From the NCBI RefSeq assembly GCF_009914755.1, contig NC_060933.1: 64,000 bases of DNA. One strand, 5' to 3'. Positions within the stretch are counted from its first letter, which is position 1. Each line of letters begins with the position of its first letter. A model generated the notes under the pieces. It did no database searches. It was not told the DNA's origin and was given only the letters and a program-made list of their open reading frames with translations. A program made the translations under genes and the position numbers. Below, one piece after another: positions 40,080 to 52,975 of the stretch. This DNA comes from the human T2T-CHM13v2.0 reference genome, Homo sapiens.

Positions 40080-42760
40080 GAATCATCCGTAATGGAATGG
40101 AAAGGAATGGAATGGAATGTAATGGAATGGAATGGAATGGAATGGAATCAACACGATTGCAATCGAATGGAATGGAATGGAATTAACCCGAACAGAATGG
40201 AATGGAATGGAATGGAACGGAACGGAATGGAATGGAATGGAATGGAATGGAATGGAACGGAACGGAATGGAATGGAATGGAATGGAATGGAATCAAAGCG
40301 AGTGCAGGGGTATGGAATGGAATGGAATGTAATGGAATGGAATCTTCCGGAATGGAATGTAATGGAATGGAATGGAATGAAAGGCAATGGATTCAACTCG
40401 ATTGCAATGGAATGGAATAGAATGGAATGGAATGGAATGGAATGGAATGCAATTGAATGGAATGGAATGCCTTCAAACCGAATGGAATGGAAAGGAATGG
40501 AATCAACACGAGTGGAAAAGAATGGAATGGAAAGGACTGGAATGGAATGGAATGGAATGGAATGGAATGGAATGGAATCAACTCGATTGTAATGGAATGG
40601 AATGGAATGGAATGGAATGGAATGGAATTAACACGAATAAAATTGAATGGAATGGAATGGAACGGAATGGAGTGGAATGGAATGGAATCAACCCGAGTGC
40701 AGGGGAATGGAATGGAATGGAATGCAATGGAATGGAATCATCCGGAATGGAATGGAATGGAATGGAATGCAAAGCAGTGGAATCAACTCGATTGCAATGG
40801 AATGGAATGGAATTGAAAGGAATAGAATGGAATCAACCCGAGTGTAATGGAATGGAAAGGACTGGAATGGAGTGGAATGGAATGGAATGGAATGGAATGG
40901 AATCAACTCGATTGGAATGGAATGGAATGGAATGGAATGGAATGGAATGGAATTAACCCGAATAGAATGGAATGGAATGGAATGGAACGGAATGGAATGG
41001 AATGGAATGGAATGGAATGGAATGGAATGGAATGGAATCAACCCGACTGCAGGGGAATGGAATGGAATGGAATGGAATGGAATGGAATGGAATCATCCGG
41101 AACGGAATGGAATGGAATGGAATGGAATCAACTCGATTGCAATGGAATGGAATGGAATGGAATGGAATGGAATGGAATGGAATGGAATGGAATTGAATGG
41201 AATCGAATTCACCCGAATAGAATGGAATGGAATGGAATGGAAAGGAATGGAAGGGAAGGAAATGGAATGTAATCAACCCGAGTGCAGGGGAATGGAATGG
41301 AACGGAATGCAATGGAATGGAATCATCCGGAATGGAATGGAATGGAATGGAATGGAATGGAATGGTATCAACCCGAGTGCAGGGGAATGTAATGGAACGG
41401 AATGCAATGGAATGGTATCATCCGGAATGGAATGGAATGGAATGGAATGGAATGGAATGGAATGGAATCAACCCGAGTGCAATGGAATGGAGTGGAATGG
41501 AATGGAATGGAATGGAACAACCCGAATGGAATGGAATGTAATGGAGAGTAAGGGAGTTGAATAGAATCAATCCGAATGTAATGGAATGGAATGCAACGGA
41601 ATGGAATGGAATGGAATGCAATGGAATGGAATGGAATGGAATGCAAAGGAATGGAATCAACCCGAGTGGAATGGAATCGAATGGATTGCAATGGATTGGA
41701 ATGGAATGGAATCAACTCGAGTGGAGAGGAATGGAATGGAATGGAAAGGAATGGAATGAAGTCAACTCGAGTGGAATGGAATGGAATGGAATGGATTGGA
41801 ATGGATTGCAATGGAATGAAATGGAATGGAATGGAATGGAATCAATCATTCCGAGTGGAATGGAAGGGAATGTAATGGAGTGGAAAGAAGGGAATGGAAT
41901 CAACCCGAGTGGAATGCAAGGCAATGGAATGGAATGGAAAGGAATGGAATGGAATCAACTCGATTGCAATGGAATGGAATGGAATGGAATGGAATGGAAT
42001 GGAATTAACCGGAATAGAATGGAATGGAATGGAATGGAATGGAACGGAATGGAACGGAATGGAATGGAATGGAATGGAATGGAATGCCATGGAATTGAAT
42101 CAACCCGAGTACAATGGAATGGAATGGAATGGAATGGAATGGAATGGAATGGAATGGAATGGAATGGAATCGTTCTGAGTGGAATAGGAGGGAATGTATT
42201 CGAGTCGAATGGAAAGGAATGGAAAAAACCTGAGTGGAATGGAAGGGAATGGAATGGAATGGAAACTAATAGAATGGAATCAACCCGAGAGGAATGGAAT
42301 GGAAATGACTGGAATGGAATGGAATGGAATGGAATTAACTCGATTGTAATGGAATGGAATGGAATGGAATGGAATGGAATTAACCGGAATAGAATGGAAT
42401 GGAATGGAATGGAACGGAATGGAATGGAATGGAAGGGAATGGAATCAACACGAGTGCAGGGGAATGGAATGGAATGGAATGCAATGGAATGGAATCATCC
42501 GGAATGGAATGGAATGGAATGGAATAAACTCCATTGCAATGAAATGGAATGGAATGGAATGGAATAGAATGGAATGGAATTAACCCGAATAGAAAGGAAT
42601 GCAATAGAATGGAATGCGACGGAACCTAATGGAGTGGAATGGAATGGAATGGAATCAACCCGAGTACAGGGGAATGGAAAGGAATGGAAAGCAATGGAAT
42701 GGAGTCATCTGTAATGGAATGGAAAGGAATGGAATGGAATGGAATGGAATGGAATGGAAT
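40080..42760 (+). repeat. Copy 1 of ~2.8 kb tandem duplication
   Basis: Private marker GCGACGGAACCTAATGGAG at 42616 and 45418 (offset 2802). Identical ORFs at 40387/43189 and 41368/44160. GAATTC at 41205 and 43997. Confidence 0.93.
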
Positions 42761-42884
42761 GGAATTAACCCGAATAGAATGGAATGGAATGGAATGGAAC
42801 GGAATGGAATGGAATGGAATGGAATGGAATGGAATGGAATGGAATCAACCCGACTGCAGGGGAATGGAATGGAATGGAATGGAA

Positions 42885-45560
42885 TCATCCGTAATGGAAT
42901 GGAAAGGAATGGAATGGAATGTAATGGAATGGAATGGAATGGAATGGAATCAACACGATTGCAATCGAATGGAATGGAATGGAATTAACCCGAACAGAAT
43001 GGAATGGAATGGAATGGAACGGAACGGAATGGAATGGAATGGAATGGAATGGAATGGAACGGAACGGAATGGAATGGAATGGAATGGAATGGAATCAAAG
43101 CGAGTGCAGGGGTATGGAATGGAATGGAATGTAATGGAATGGAATCTTCCGGAATGGAATGTAATGGAATGGAATGGAATGAAAGGCAATGGATTCAACT
43201 CGATTGCAATGGAATGGAATAGAATGGAATGGAATGGAATGGAATGGAATGCAATTGAATGGAATGGAATGCCTTCAAACCGAATGGAATGGAAAGGAAT
43301 GGAATCAACACGAGTGGAAAAGAATGGAATGGAAAGGACTGGAATGGAATGGAATGGAATGGAATGGAATGGAATGGAATCAACTCGATTGTAATGGAAT
43401 GGAATGGAATGGAATGGAATGGAATGGAATTAACACGAATAAAATTGAATGGAATGGAATGGAACGGAATGGAGTGGAATGGAATGGAATCAACCCGAGT
43501 GCAGGGGAATGGAATGGAATGGAATGCAATGGAATGGAATCATCCGGAATGGAATGGAATGGAATGGAATGCAAAGCAGTGGAATCAACTCGATTGCAAT
43601 GGAATGGAATGGAATTGAAAGGAATAGAATGGAATCAACCCGAGTGTAATGGAATGGAAAGGACTGGAATGGAGTGGAATGGAATGGAATGGAATGGAAT
43701 GGAATCAACTCGATTGGAATGGAATGGAATGGAATGGAATGGAATGGAATGGAATTAACCCGAATAGAATGGAATGGAATGGAATGGAACGGAATGGAAT
43801 GGAATGGAATGGAATGGAATGGAATGGAATGGAATCAACCCGACTGCAGGGGAATGGAATGGAATGGAATGGAATGGAATGGAATCATCCGGAACGGAAT
43901 GGAATGGAATGGAATGGAATCAACTCGATTGCAATGGAATGGAATGGAATGGAATGGAATGGAATGGAATGGAATGGAATGGAATTGAATGGAATCGAAT
44001 TCACCCGAATAGAATGGAATGGAATGGAATGGAAAGGAATGGAAGGGAAGGAAATGGAATGTAATCAACCCGAGTGCAGGGGAATGGAATGGAACGGAAT
44101 GCAATGGAATGGAATCATCCGGAATGGAATGGAATGGAATGGAATGGAATGGAATGGTATCAACCCGAGTGCAGGGGAATGTAATGGAACGGAATGCAAT
44201 GGAATGGTATCATCCGGAATGGAATGGAATGGAATGGAATGGAATGGAATGGAATGGAATCAACCCGAGTGCAATGGAATGGAGTGGAATGGAATGGAAT
44301 GGAATGGAACAACCCGAATGGAATGGAATGTAATGGAGAGTAAGGGAGTTGAATAGAATCAATCCGAATGTAATGGAATGGAATGCAACGGAATGGAATG
44401 GAATGGAATGCAATGGAATGGAATGGAATGGAATGCAAAGGAATGGAATCAACCCGAGTGGAATGGAATCGAATGGATTGCAATGGATTGGAATGGAATG
44501 GAATCAACTCGAGTGGAGAGGAATGGAATGGAATGGAAAGGAATGGAATGAAGTCAACTCGAGTGGAATGGAATGGAATGGAATGGATTGGAATGGATTG
44601 CAATGGAATGAAATGGAATGGAATGGAATGGAATCAATCATTCCGAGTGGAATGGAAGGGAATGTAATGGAGTGGAAAGAAGGGAATGGAATCAACCCGA
44701 GTGGAATGCAAGGCAATGGAATGGAATGGAAAGGAATGGAATGGAATCAACTCGATTGCAATGGAATGGAATGGAATGGAATGGAATGGAATGGAATTAA
44801 CCGGAATAGAATGGAATGGAATGGAATGGAATGGAACGGAATGGAACGGAATGGAATGGAATGGAATGGAATGGAATGCCATGGAATTGAATCAACCCGA
44901 GTACAATGGAATGGAATGGAATGGAATGGAATGGAATGGAATGGAATGGAATGGAATGGAATGGAATGGAATCGTTCTGAGTGGAATAGGAGGGAATGTA
45001 TTCGAGTCGAATGGAAAGGAATGGAAAAAACCTGAGTGGAATGGAAGGGAATGGAATGGAATGGAAACTAATAGAATGGAATCAACCCGAGAGGAATGGA
45101 ATGGAAATGACTGGAATGGAATGGAATGGAATGGAATTAACTCGATTGTAATGGAATGGAATGGAATGGAATGGAATGGAATTAACCGGAATAGAATGGA
45201 ATGGAATGGAATGGAACGGAATGGAATGGAATGGAAGGGAATGGAATCAACACGAGTGCAGGGGAATGGAATGGAATGGAATGCAATGGAATGGAATCAT
45301 CCGGAATGGAATGGAATGGAATGGAATAAACTCCATTGCAATGAAATGGAATGGAATGGAATGGAATAGAATGGAATGGAATTAACCCGAATAGAAAGGA
45401 ATGCAATAGAATGGAATGCGACGGAACCTAATGGAGTGGAATGGAATGGAATGGAATCAACCCGAGTACAGGGGAATGGAAAGGAATGGAAAGCAATGGA
45501 ATGGAGTCATCTGTAATGGAATGGAAAGGAATGGAATGGAATGGAATGGAATGGAATGGA
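42885..45560 (+). repeat. Copy 2 of ~2.8 kb tandem duplication
   Basis: Offset stays 2792-2802 throughout. The differences I noticed are pentamer-count changes. Confidence 0.93.
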
Positions 45561-47359
45561 ATGGAATCAACTCGATTGCAATCGAATGGAATGGAATGGA
45601 ATTAACCTGAATAGAATGGAATGGAATGGAATGGAACGGAACGGAATGGAATGGAATGGAATGGAATGGAATGGAACGGAACGGAATGGAATGGAATGGA
45701 ATGGAATCAACGCGAGTGCAGGGGAATGGAATGGAATGGAATGCAATGGAATGGAATCTTCCGGAATGGAATGGAATGGAATGGAATGGAATGAAATACA
45801 ATGGATTCAACTCGATTGCAATGGAATGGAATAGAATGGAATGGAATGGAATTGAATGGAATTAAGTCGAGTAGAATGGAATGGAATGGAATGGAACGGA
45901 ATGGAACGGAATGGAATGGAATGGAATGGAATGGTATGGAATGGAATGGAATGGTACGGAATAGAATGGAATGGAACGAATTGTAATGGAATGGAATTGA
46001 ATGGAATGGAATGGAATGGAATGGAATCAACGCGAGTGCAGGGGAATGTAATGGAACAGAATGCAATGGAATGGAATCATCCGGAATGGAATGGAATGGA
46101 ATGGAATGGAATGGAATCAACCAGAGTGCAATGGAATGGAGTGGAATGGAATGGAATGGAATGGAACAACCCGAATGGAATGGAATGTAATGGAGAGTAA
46201 GGGAGTTGAATAGAATCAATCCGAATGTAATGGAATGGAATGCAAAGGAATGGAATGGAATGGAATGGAATGGAATGCAATGGAATTGAATCAACCCGAG
46301 TACAATGGAATGGAATGGAATGGAATGGAATGGAATGGAATGCAATGGAATGGAATGATACGGAATAGAATGGAATGGAACGAAATGGAGTGGAATGGAA
46401 TGGAAAGGAATGGAATCAATCATTCCGAGTGGAATGGAAGGGAATGTAATGGAGTGGAAAGAAGGGAATGGAATCAACCCGAGTGGAATGCAAGGCAATG
46501 GAATGGAATGGAAAGGAAGGCAATGGAATCAACTCGATTGCAATGGAATGGAAAGGAATGGAATGGAATGGAATGGAATGGAATGGTATTAACCGGAATA
46601 GAATGGAATGGAATGGAATGGAACGGAATGGAACGGAATGGAATGGAATGGAATGGAATGGAATGGAATGCAATGGAATTGAATCAACCTGAGTACAATG
46701 GAATGGAATGGAATGGAATGGAATGGAATGGAATGGAATGGAATGGAATGGAATGGAATCGTTCTGAGTGGAATAGGAGGGAATGTATTCGAGTGGAATG
46801 GAAAGGAATGGAAAAAACCTGAGTGGAATGGAAGGGAATGGAAGGGAATGGAATAGAATGGAAACTAATAGAATGGAATCAACCCGAGAGGAATGGAATG
46901 GAAAGGACTGGAATGGAATGGAATGGAATGGAATTAACTCGATCGTAATGGAATGGAATGGAATGGAATGGAATGGAATGGAATGGAATGGAATTAACCC
47001 GAATACAATGCAATGGAATGGAATGGAACGGAATGGTGTGGAATCGAATGGAATCAACCCGAGTGCAGGGGAATGGAATGGAATGGAATGCAATGGAATG
47101 GAATCATCCGGAATGGAATGGAATGGAATGGAATGAAAAGCAATGGAATCAACTCGATTGCAATGGAATGGAATGGAATGGAAAGGAATACATTGGAATC
47201 AACCCGAGTGGAATGGAATGGAAAGGAGTGGAATGGAGTGGAATGGAATGGAATGGAATCAACTCGATTGGAATGGAATGGAATGGAATGGAATGGAATG
47301 GAATTAATCCGAATAGAATGGAATGGAATGGAATGGAATGGAATGGAATGGAATGGAAT

Positions 47360-48140
47360 GGAATCAACCCGAGTGCAATGGAATGGAGTGGAATGGAATG
47401 GAATGGAATGGAACAACTCGAATGGAATGGAATGTAATGGAGAGTAAGGGAGTTGAATAGAATCAATCCGAATGTAATGGAATGGAATGGAACGGAATGG
47501 AATTGAATGGAATGGAATGGAATGCAATGGAATGGAATCAACCCGAGTGCAATGGAATGGAGAGGAATGGAATGGAATGGAATGGAAACTACCCGAATGG
47601 AATGGAATGTAATAGAGTGCAAAGGAATTGAATACACTCAATCCGAATGTAATGGAATGGAATGGAACGGAATGGAATGGAATGGAATGGAATGGAATGC
47701 AATGGAATGGAATCAACCCGAGTGCAATGGAATGGAGAGGAATGGAATGGAATGGAATGGAATGGAATGGAATGGAATGGAATGGAATGGAATCAACCCG
47801 AGTGCAATGGAATGGAGTGGAATGGAATGGAATGGAATGGAACAACCCGAATGGAATGGAATGTAATGGAGAGTAAGGGAGTTGAATAGAATCAATCCGA
47901 ATGTAATGGAATGGAATGGAACGGAATGGAATTGAATGGAATGGAATGGAATGCAATGGAATGGAATCAACCCGAGTGCAATGGAATGGAGAGGAATGGA
48001 ATGGAATGGAATGGAAACTACCCGAATGGAATGGAATGAAATGGAGTGTAAGGGAATTGAATAGAATCAATCCGAATGTAATGGAATGGAATGGAATGGA
48101 ATGGAATGGAATGGAATGCAATGCAATGGAATGGAATCAA
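47360..48140 (+). repeat. Local ~429-bp tandem repeat of the A-B module pair
   Basis: CAATCCGAAT at 47464/47639 and again at 47893/48068 (offset 429), with the same A-then-B module order. Confidence 0.75.
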
Positions 48141-51100
48141 CCCGAGTGCAATCGAATGGAATCGAATGGAATGGAATGCAATGGAATGGATTCAACTTGA
48201 ATGGAATGGAAAGAATGGAATCAACACGAGTGGAATGGCATGGATTGGAATGGAATGGAATGGAATCAACCCGAGTACAGGGGAATGGTATGGAATGGAA
48301 TGCAATTGAATGGAATCATCCGTAATGGAATGGAAAGGAATGGAATGGAATGGAATGGAATGGAATGGAATGGAATGGAATCAACTCGATTGCAATCGAA
48401 TGGAATGGAATGGAATTAACCCGAATAGAATGGAATGGAATGGAATGGAACGGAACGGAACGGAACGGAATGGATGGAATGGAATGGAATGGAATGGAAT
48501 GGAATCAACGCGAGTGCAGGGGAATGGAATGGAATGGAATGCAATGGAATGGAATCTTCCGGAATGGAATGGAATAGAATGAAATGCAATGGATTCAACT
48601 CGATTGCAATAGAATGGAATAGAATGGAATGGAATTGAATGGAATGGAATTAATCCGAATAGAATGGAGTGCAATGGAATGGAACGGAATGGAACGGAAT
48701 GGAATGGAATGGAATGGAATGGAATGGAATGGAATGGTATGGAATGGAATGGAATGGTACGGAATAGAATGGAATGGAACGAATTGTAATGGAATGGAAT
48801 TGAATGGAATGGAATGGAATGGAATGGAATCAAAGCGAGTGCCGGGGAATGTAATGGAACGGAATGCAAGGGAATGGAATCATCCGGAATGGAATGGAAT
48901 GGAATGGAATGGAATGGAATGGAATGGAATGGAATCAACCCGAGTGCAATGGAATGGAGTGGAATGGAATGGAATGCAATGGAACAACCCGAATGGAATG
49001 GAATGTAATGGAGGGTAAGGGAGTTGAATAGAATCAATCCGAATGTAATGGAATGGAATGCAACGGAATGGAATGGAATGGAATGGAATGCAATGCAATG
49101 GAATTGAATCAACCCGAATACAATGGAATGGAATGGAATGGAATGGAATGGAACGAAATGGAATGGAATGGAATGGAATGGAATGGAATGGAATGGAATC
49201 GTTCCGAGTGGAATAGGAGAGAATGTATTCGAGTGGAATGGAAAGGAATGGTATCAACCAGAGTGGAATGGAAGGGAATGGAATGGAGTGGAAACTAATA
49301 GAATGGAATCAACCCGAGTGGAATGGAATGGAAAGGACTGGAATGGAATGGAATGGAATGGAATCAACTCGATTGTAATGGAATGGAATGGAATGGAATG
49401 GAATGGAATGGAATCAACCCGAGTGCAGGGGAATGGAATGGAATGGAATGCAATGGAATGGAATCTTCCGGAATGGAATGGAATGGAATGGAATGGAATG
49501 GAATGGAATCAACCCGAGTGCAATGGAATGGAGTTGAATGGAATGGAATGGAATGGAACAACCCGAATGGAATGGAATGTAATGGAGAGTAAGGGAGTTG
49601 AACAGAATCAATCCGAATGTAATGGAATGGAATGGAACGGAATGGAATTGAATGGAATGGAATGGAATGCAATGGAATGGAATCAACCCGAGTGCAATGG
49701 AATGGAGAGGAATGGAATGGAATGGAATGGAAACTACCCGAATGGAATGGAATGTAATGGAGTGTAAGGGAATTGAATACAATCAATCTGAATGTACTGG
49801 AATGGAATGGAACGGAATGGAATGGAATGGAATGGAATGGAATGCAATGCAATGGAATGGAATCAACCCGAGTGCAATCGAATGGAATCGAATGGAATGG
49901 AATGCAATGGAATGGATTCAACTTGAATGGAATGGAAAGAATGGAATCAACACGAGTGGAATGGCATGGATTGGAATGGAATGGAATGGAATCAACCCGA
50001 GTACAGGGGAATGGTATGGAATGGAATGCAATGGAATGGAATCATCCGTAATGGAATGGAAAGGAATGGAATGGAATGGAATGGAATGGAATGGAATCAA
50101 CCCGAGTGCAGGGGAATGTAATGGAACGGAATGCAATGGAATGGAGTCATCCGGAATGGAATGGAATGGAATGGAATGGAATCAACCCGAGTGCAATGGA
50201 ATGGAGTGGAATGGAATGGAATGGAATGGAACAACCCGAATGGAATCGAATGTAATGGAGAGTAAGGGAGTTGAAAAGAATCAATCCGAATGTAATGGAA
50301 TGGAATGGAACGGAATGGAATGGAATGGAATGGAATGGAATAGAATGGAATGGAATGCAATGGAGTGGAATCATCCCGAATACAATGGAATGGAATGGAA
50401 TGGAATGGAATGGAATGGAATGGAATGGAATGCAATGTAATGGAATCTTCCGGAATGGAATGGAATGGAATGGAATGCAATGCAATGGATTCAACTCGAT
50501 TGCAATGGAATGGAATAGAATGGAATGGAATGGAATGGAATGGAATGGAATGGAATTAAACCGAATAGAATGGAATGGAATGGAATGGAACGGAACGGAA
50601 CGGAACGGAACGGAACGGAGTGGAATGGAATGGAATGGAATTGTATGGAATGGAATGGAATGGTATGGAATAGAATGGAATGGAAAGAATTGGAATGGAA
50701 TGGAATCGAATGGAATGGAATGGAATGGAATGGAATCAACCCGAGTGCAGGGGAATGTAATGGAACGGAATGCAATGGAATGGAATCATCCGGAATGGAA
50801 TGGAATGGAATGGAATCAATCCGAGTGCAATGGAATGGAGTGGAATGGAAAGGAATGGAATGGAACATCCCGAATGGAATGGAATGTAATGGAGAGTAAG
50901 GGAGTTGAATAGAATCAATCCGAATGTAATGGAATGGAATGCAACGGAATGGAATGGAATGGAATGGAATGGAATGGAATGCCATGGAATGGAATCAACC
51001 CGAGTACAATGGAATGGAATGGACTGGAATGGAATGGAATGGAATGGAATGGAATGGAATGCCTTCAAACCGAATGGAATGGAAAGGAATGAAATCAACA

Positions 51101-52339
51101 CGAGTGGAATGGAATGGAATGGAATGGAATGGAATGATACGGAATAGAATGGAATGGATCGAAATGGAATGGAATGGAATGGAATGGAATGGAATGGAAT
51201 GGAATCAACCCGAGTGCAGGGGAATGTAATGGAACGGAATGCAATGGAATGGAATCATCCGGAATGGAATGGAATGGAATGGAATGGAATGGAATCAACC
51301 CGAGTGCAATGGAATGGAGTGGAATGGAATGGAATGGAATGGAATGGAATGGAATGGAATGGAATGCTTTCAAATCGAATGGAAAGGAATGGAATGAAAT
51401 CAACTCGAGTGGAATGGAATGGAATGGAATGGATTGGAATGGATTGCAAAGGAATGAAATGTAATGGAATGGAATGGAATCAATCATTCCGAGTGGAATG
51501 GAAGGGAATGTAATGGAGTGGAAAGAAGGGAATGGAATCAACCCGATTGGAATGCAAGGCAATGGAATGGAATGGAATGGAATGGAATGGAATGGAATGG
51601 TGTGGAATGGAATGGAATGGTACGGAATAGAATGGAATGGAACGAATTGTAATGGAATGGAATTGAATGGAATGGAATGGAATCAACGCGAGTGCAGGGG
51701 AATGTAATGGACCGGAATGCAATGGAATGGAATCATCCGGAATGGAATGGAATGGAATGGAATGGAATGGAATGGAATCAACCCGACTGCAATGGAATGG
51801 AGTGGAATGGAATGGAATGGAATGGAACACCCGAATGGAATGGAATGTAATGGAGAGTAAGGGAGTTGAATAGAATCAATCCGAATGTAATGGAATGGAA
51901 TGCAACGGAATGGAATGGAATGCAATGGAATGGAATGCAATGGAATGGAATCAACCCGAGTACAATGGAATGGAATGGAATGGAATGGAATGGAATGGAA
52001 TGGAATGGAATGATAAGGAATAGAATGGAATGGAACGAAATGGAATGGAATGGAATGGAATGGAATGGAATGGAATGGAATGGAATCTTTCCGAGTGGAA
52101 TAGGAGGGAATGTATTCGAGTGGAATGGAAAGGAATGGAATCAACCAGAGTGGAATGGAAGGGAATGGAATGGAATGGAAACTAATAGAATGGAATCAAC
52201 CCGAGTGGAAAGGAATGGAAAGGACTGGAATGGAATGGAATGGAATGGAATGGAATCAACCCGAGTGCAGGGTAATGGAATGGAATGGAATGCAATGGAA
52301 TGGAATCATCCGGAATGGAATGGAATGGAATGGAATGGA

Positions 52340-52975
52340 AGGAACCCGTGTGCAATGTAATGGAACGGAATGGAATGGAATGGATTCAACTCGAAAGGAA
52401 TCAACTCGATTGCAATGGAATGGAATGGAATCGAAAGGAATAGAATGTAATCAACCCGAGTGGAATGCAATGGAAAGGACTGGAATGGAGTGGAATGGAA
52501 TGGAATGGAATGGAATCAAATCGATTGGAATGGAATGGAATGGAATGGAATGGAATGGAATCAACTCGATTGCAATGGAATGGAATGGAATGGAATGGAA
52601 TAGAATGGAATGGAATGGAATGGAATTAACCCGAATAGAATGGAATGGAATGGAATGGAATGGAACGGAATGTAATGGAATGGAATGGAATCAACCGGAG
52701 TGCAGGGGAATGGAATGGAATGGAATGCAATGGAATGGAATCATCCGGAATGGAATGGAATGGAATGGAATGGAATGGAATGGAATCAGCTCGATTTCAG
52801 TGGAATGGAATGGAATATAATGGAATGGAATTAACACGAATAGAAAGGAATGGAATGGAATGGAATGGAACGGAAGGAATGGAGTGGAAAGGAATGGAAT
52901 CAACCCGAGTGCAGGGGAATGGAATGGAATGGAATGCAATGGAATGGAATCATCCGTAATGGAATGGAAAGGAAT
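52340..52975 (+). repeat. ~0.6 kb diverged block with paralog at ~57780-58420 (offset ~5.45 kb)
   Basis: Shared ordered rare variants AACCCGTGTGCAATGTAA, TTCAACTCGAAAGGAATCAACTCG, CAAATCGATTGG, TCGATTTCA and TTAACACGAATAGAAAGG. Confidence 0.8.

Noticed and set aside
9384-41590. A possible ~19 kb periodicity (offsets 19000, ~18080 and ~19390 between some blocks)
   Set aside because: Only short, non-contiguous blocks share these offsets and the intervening sequence is not colinear, which is insufficient for a higher-order repeat call.
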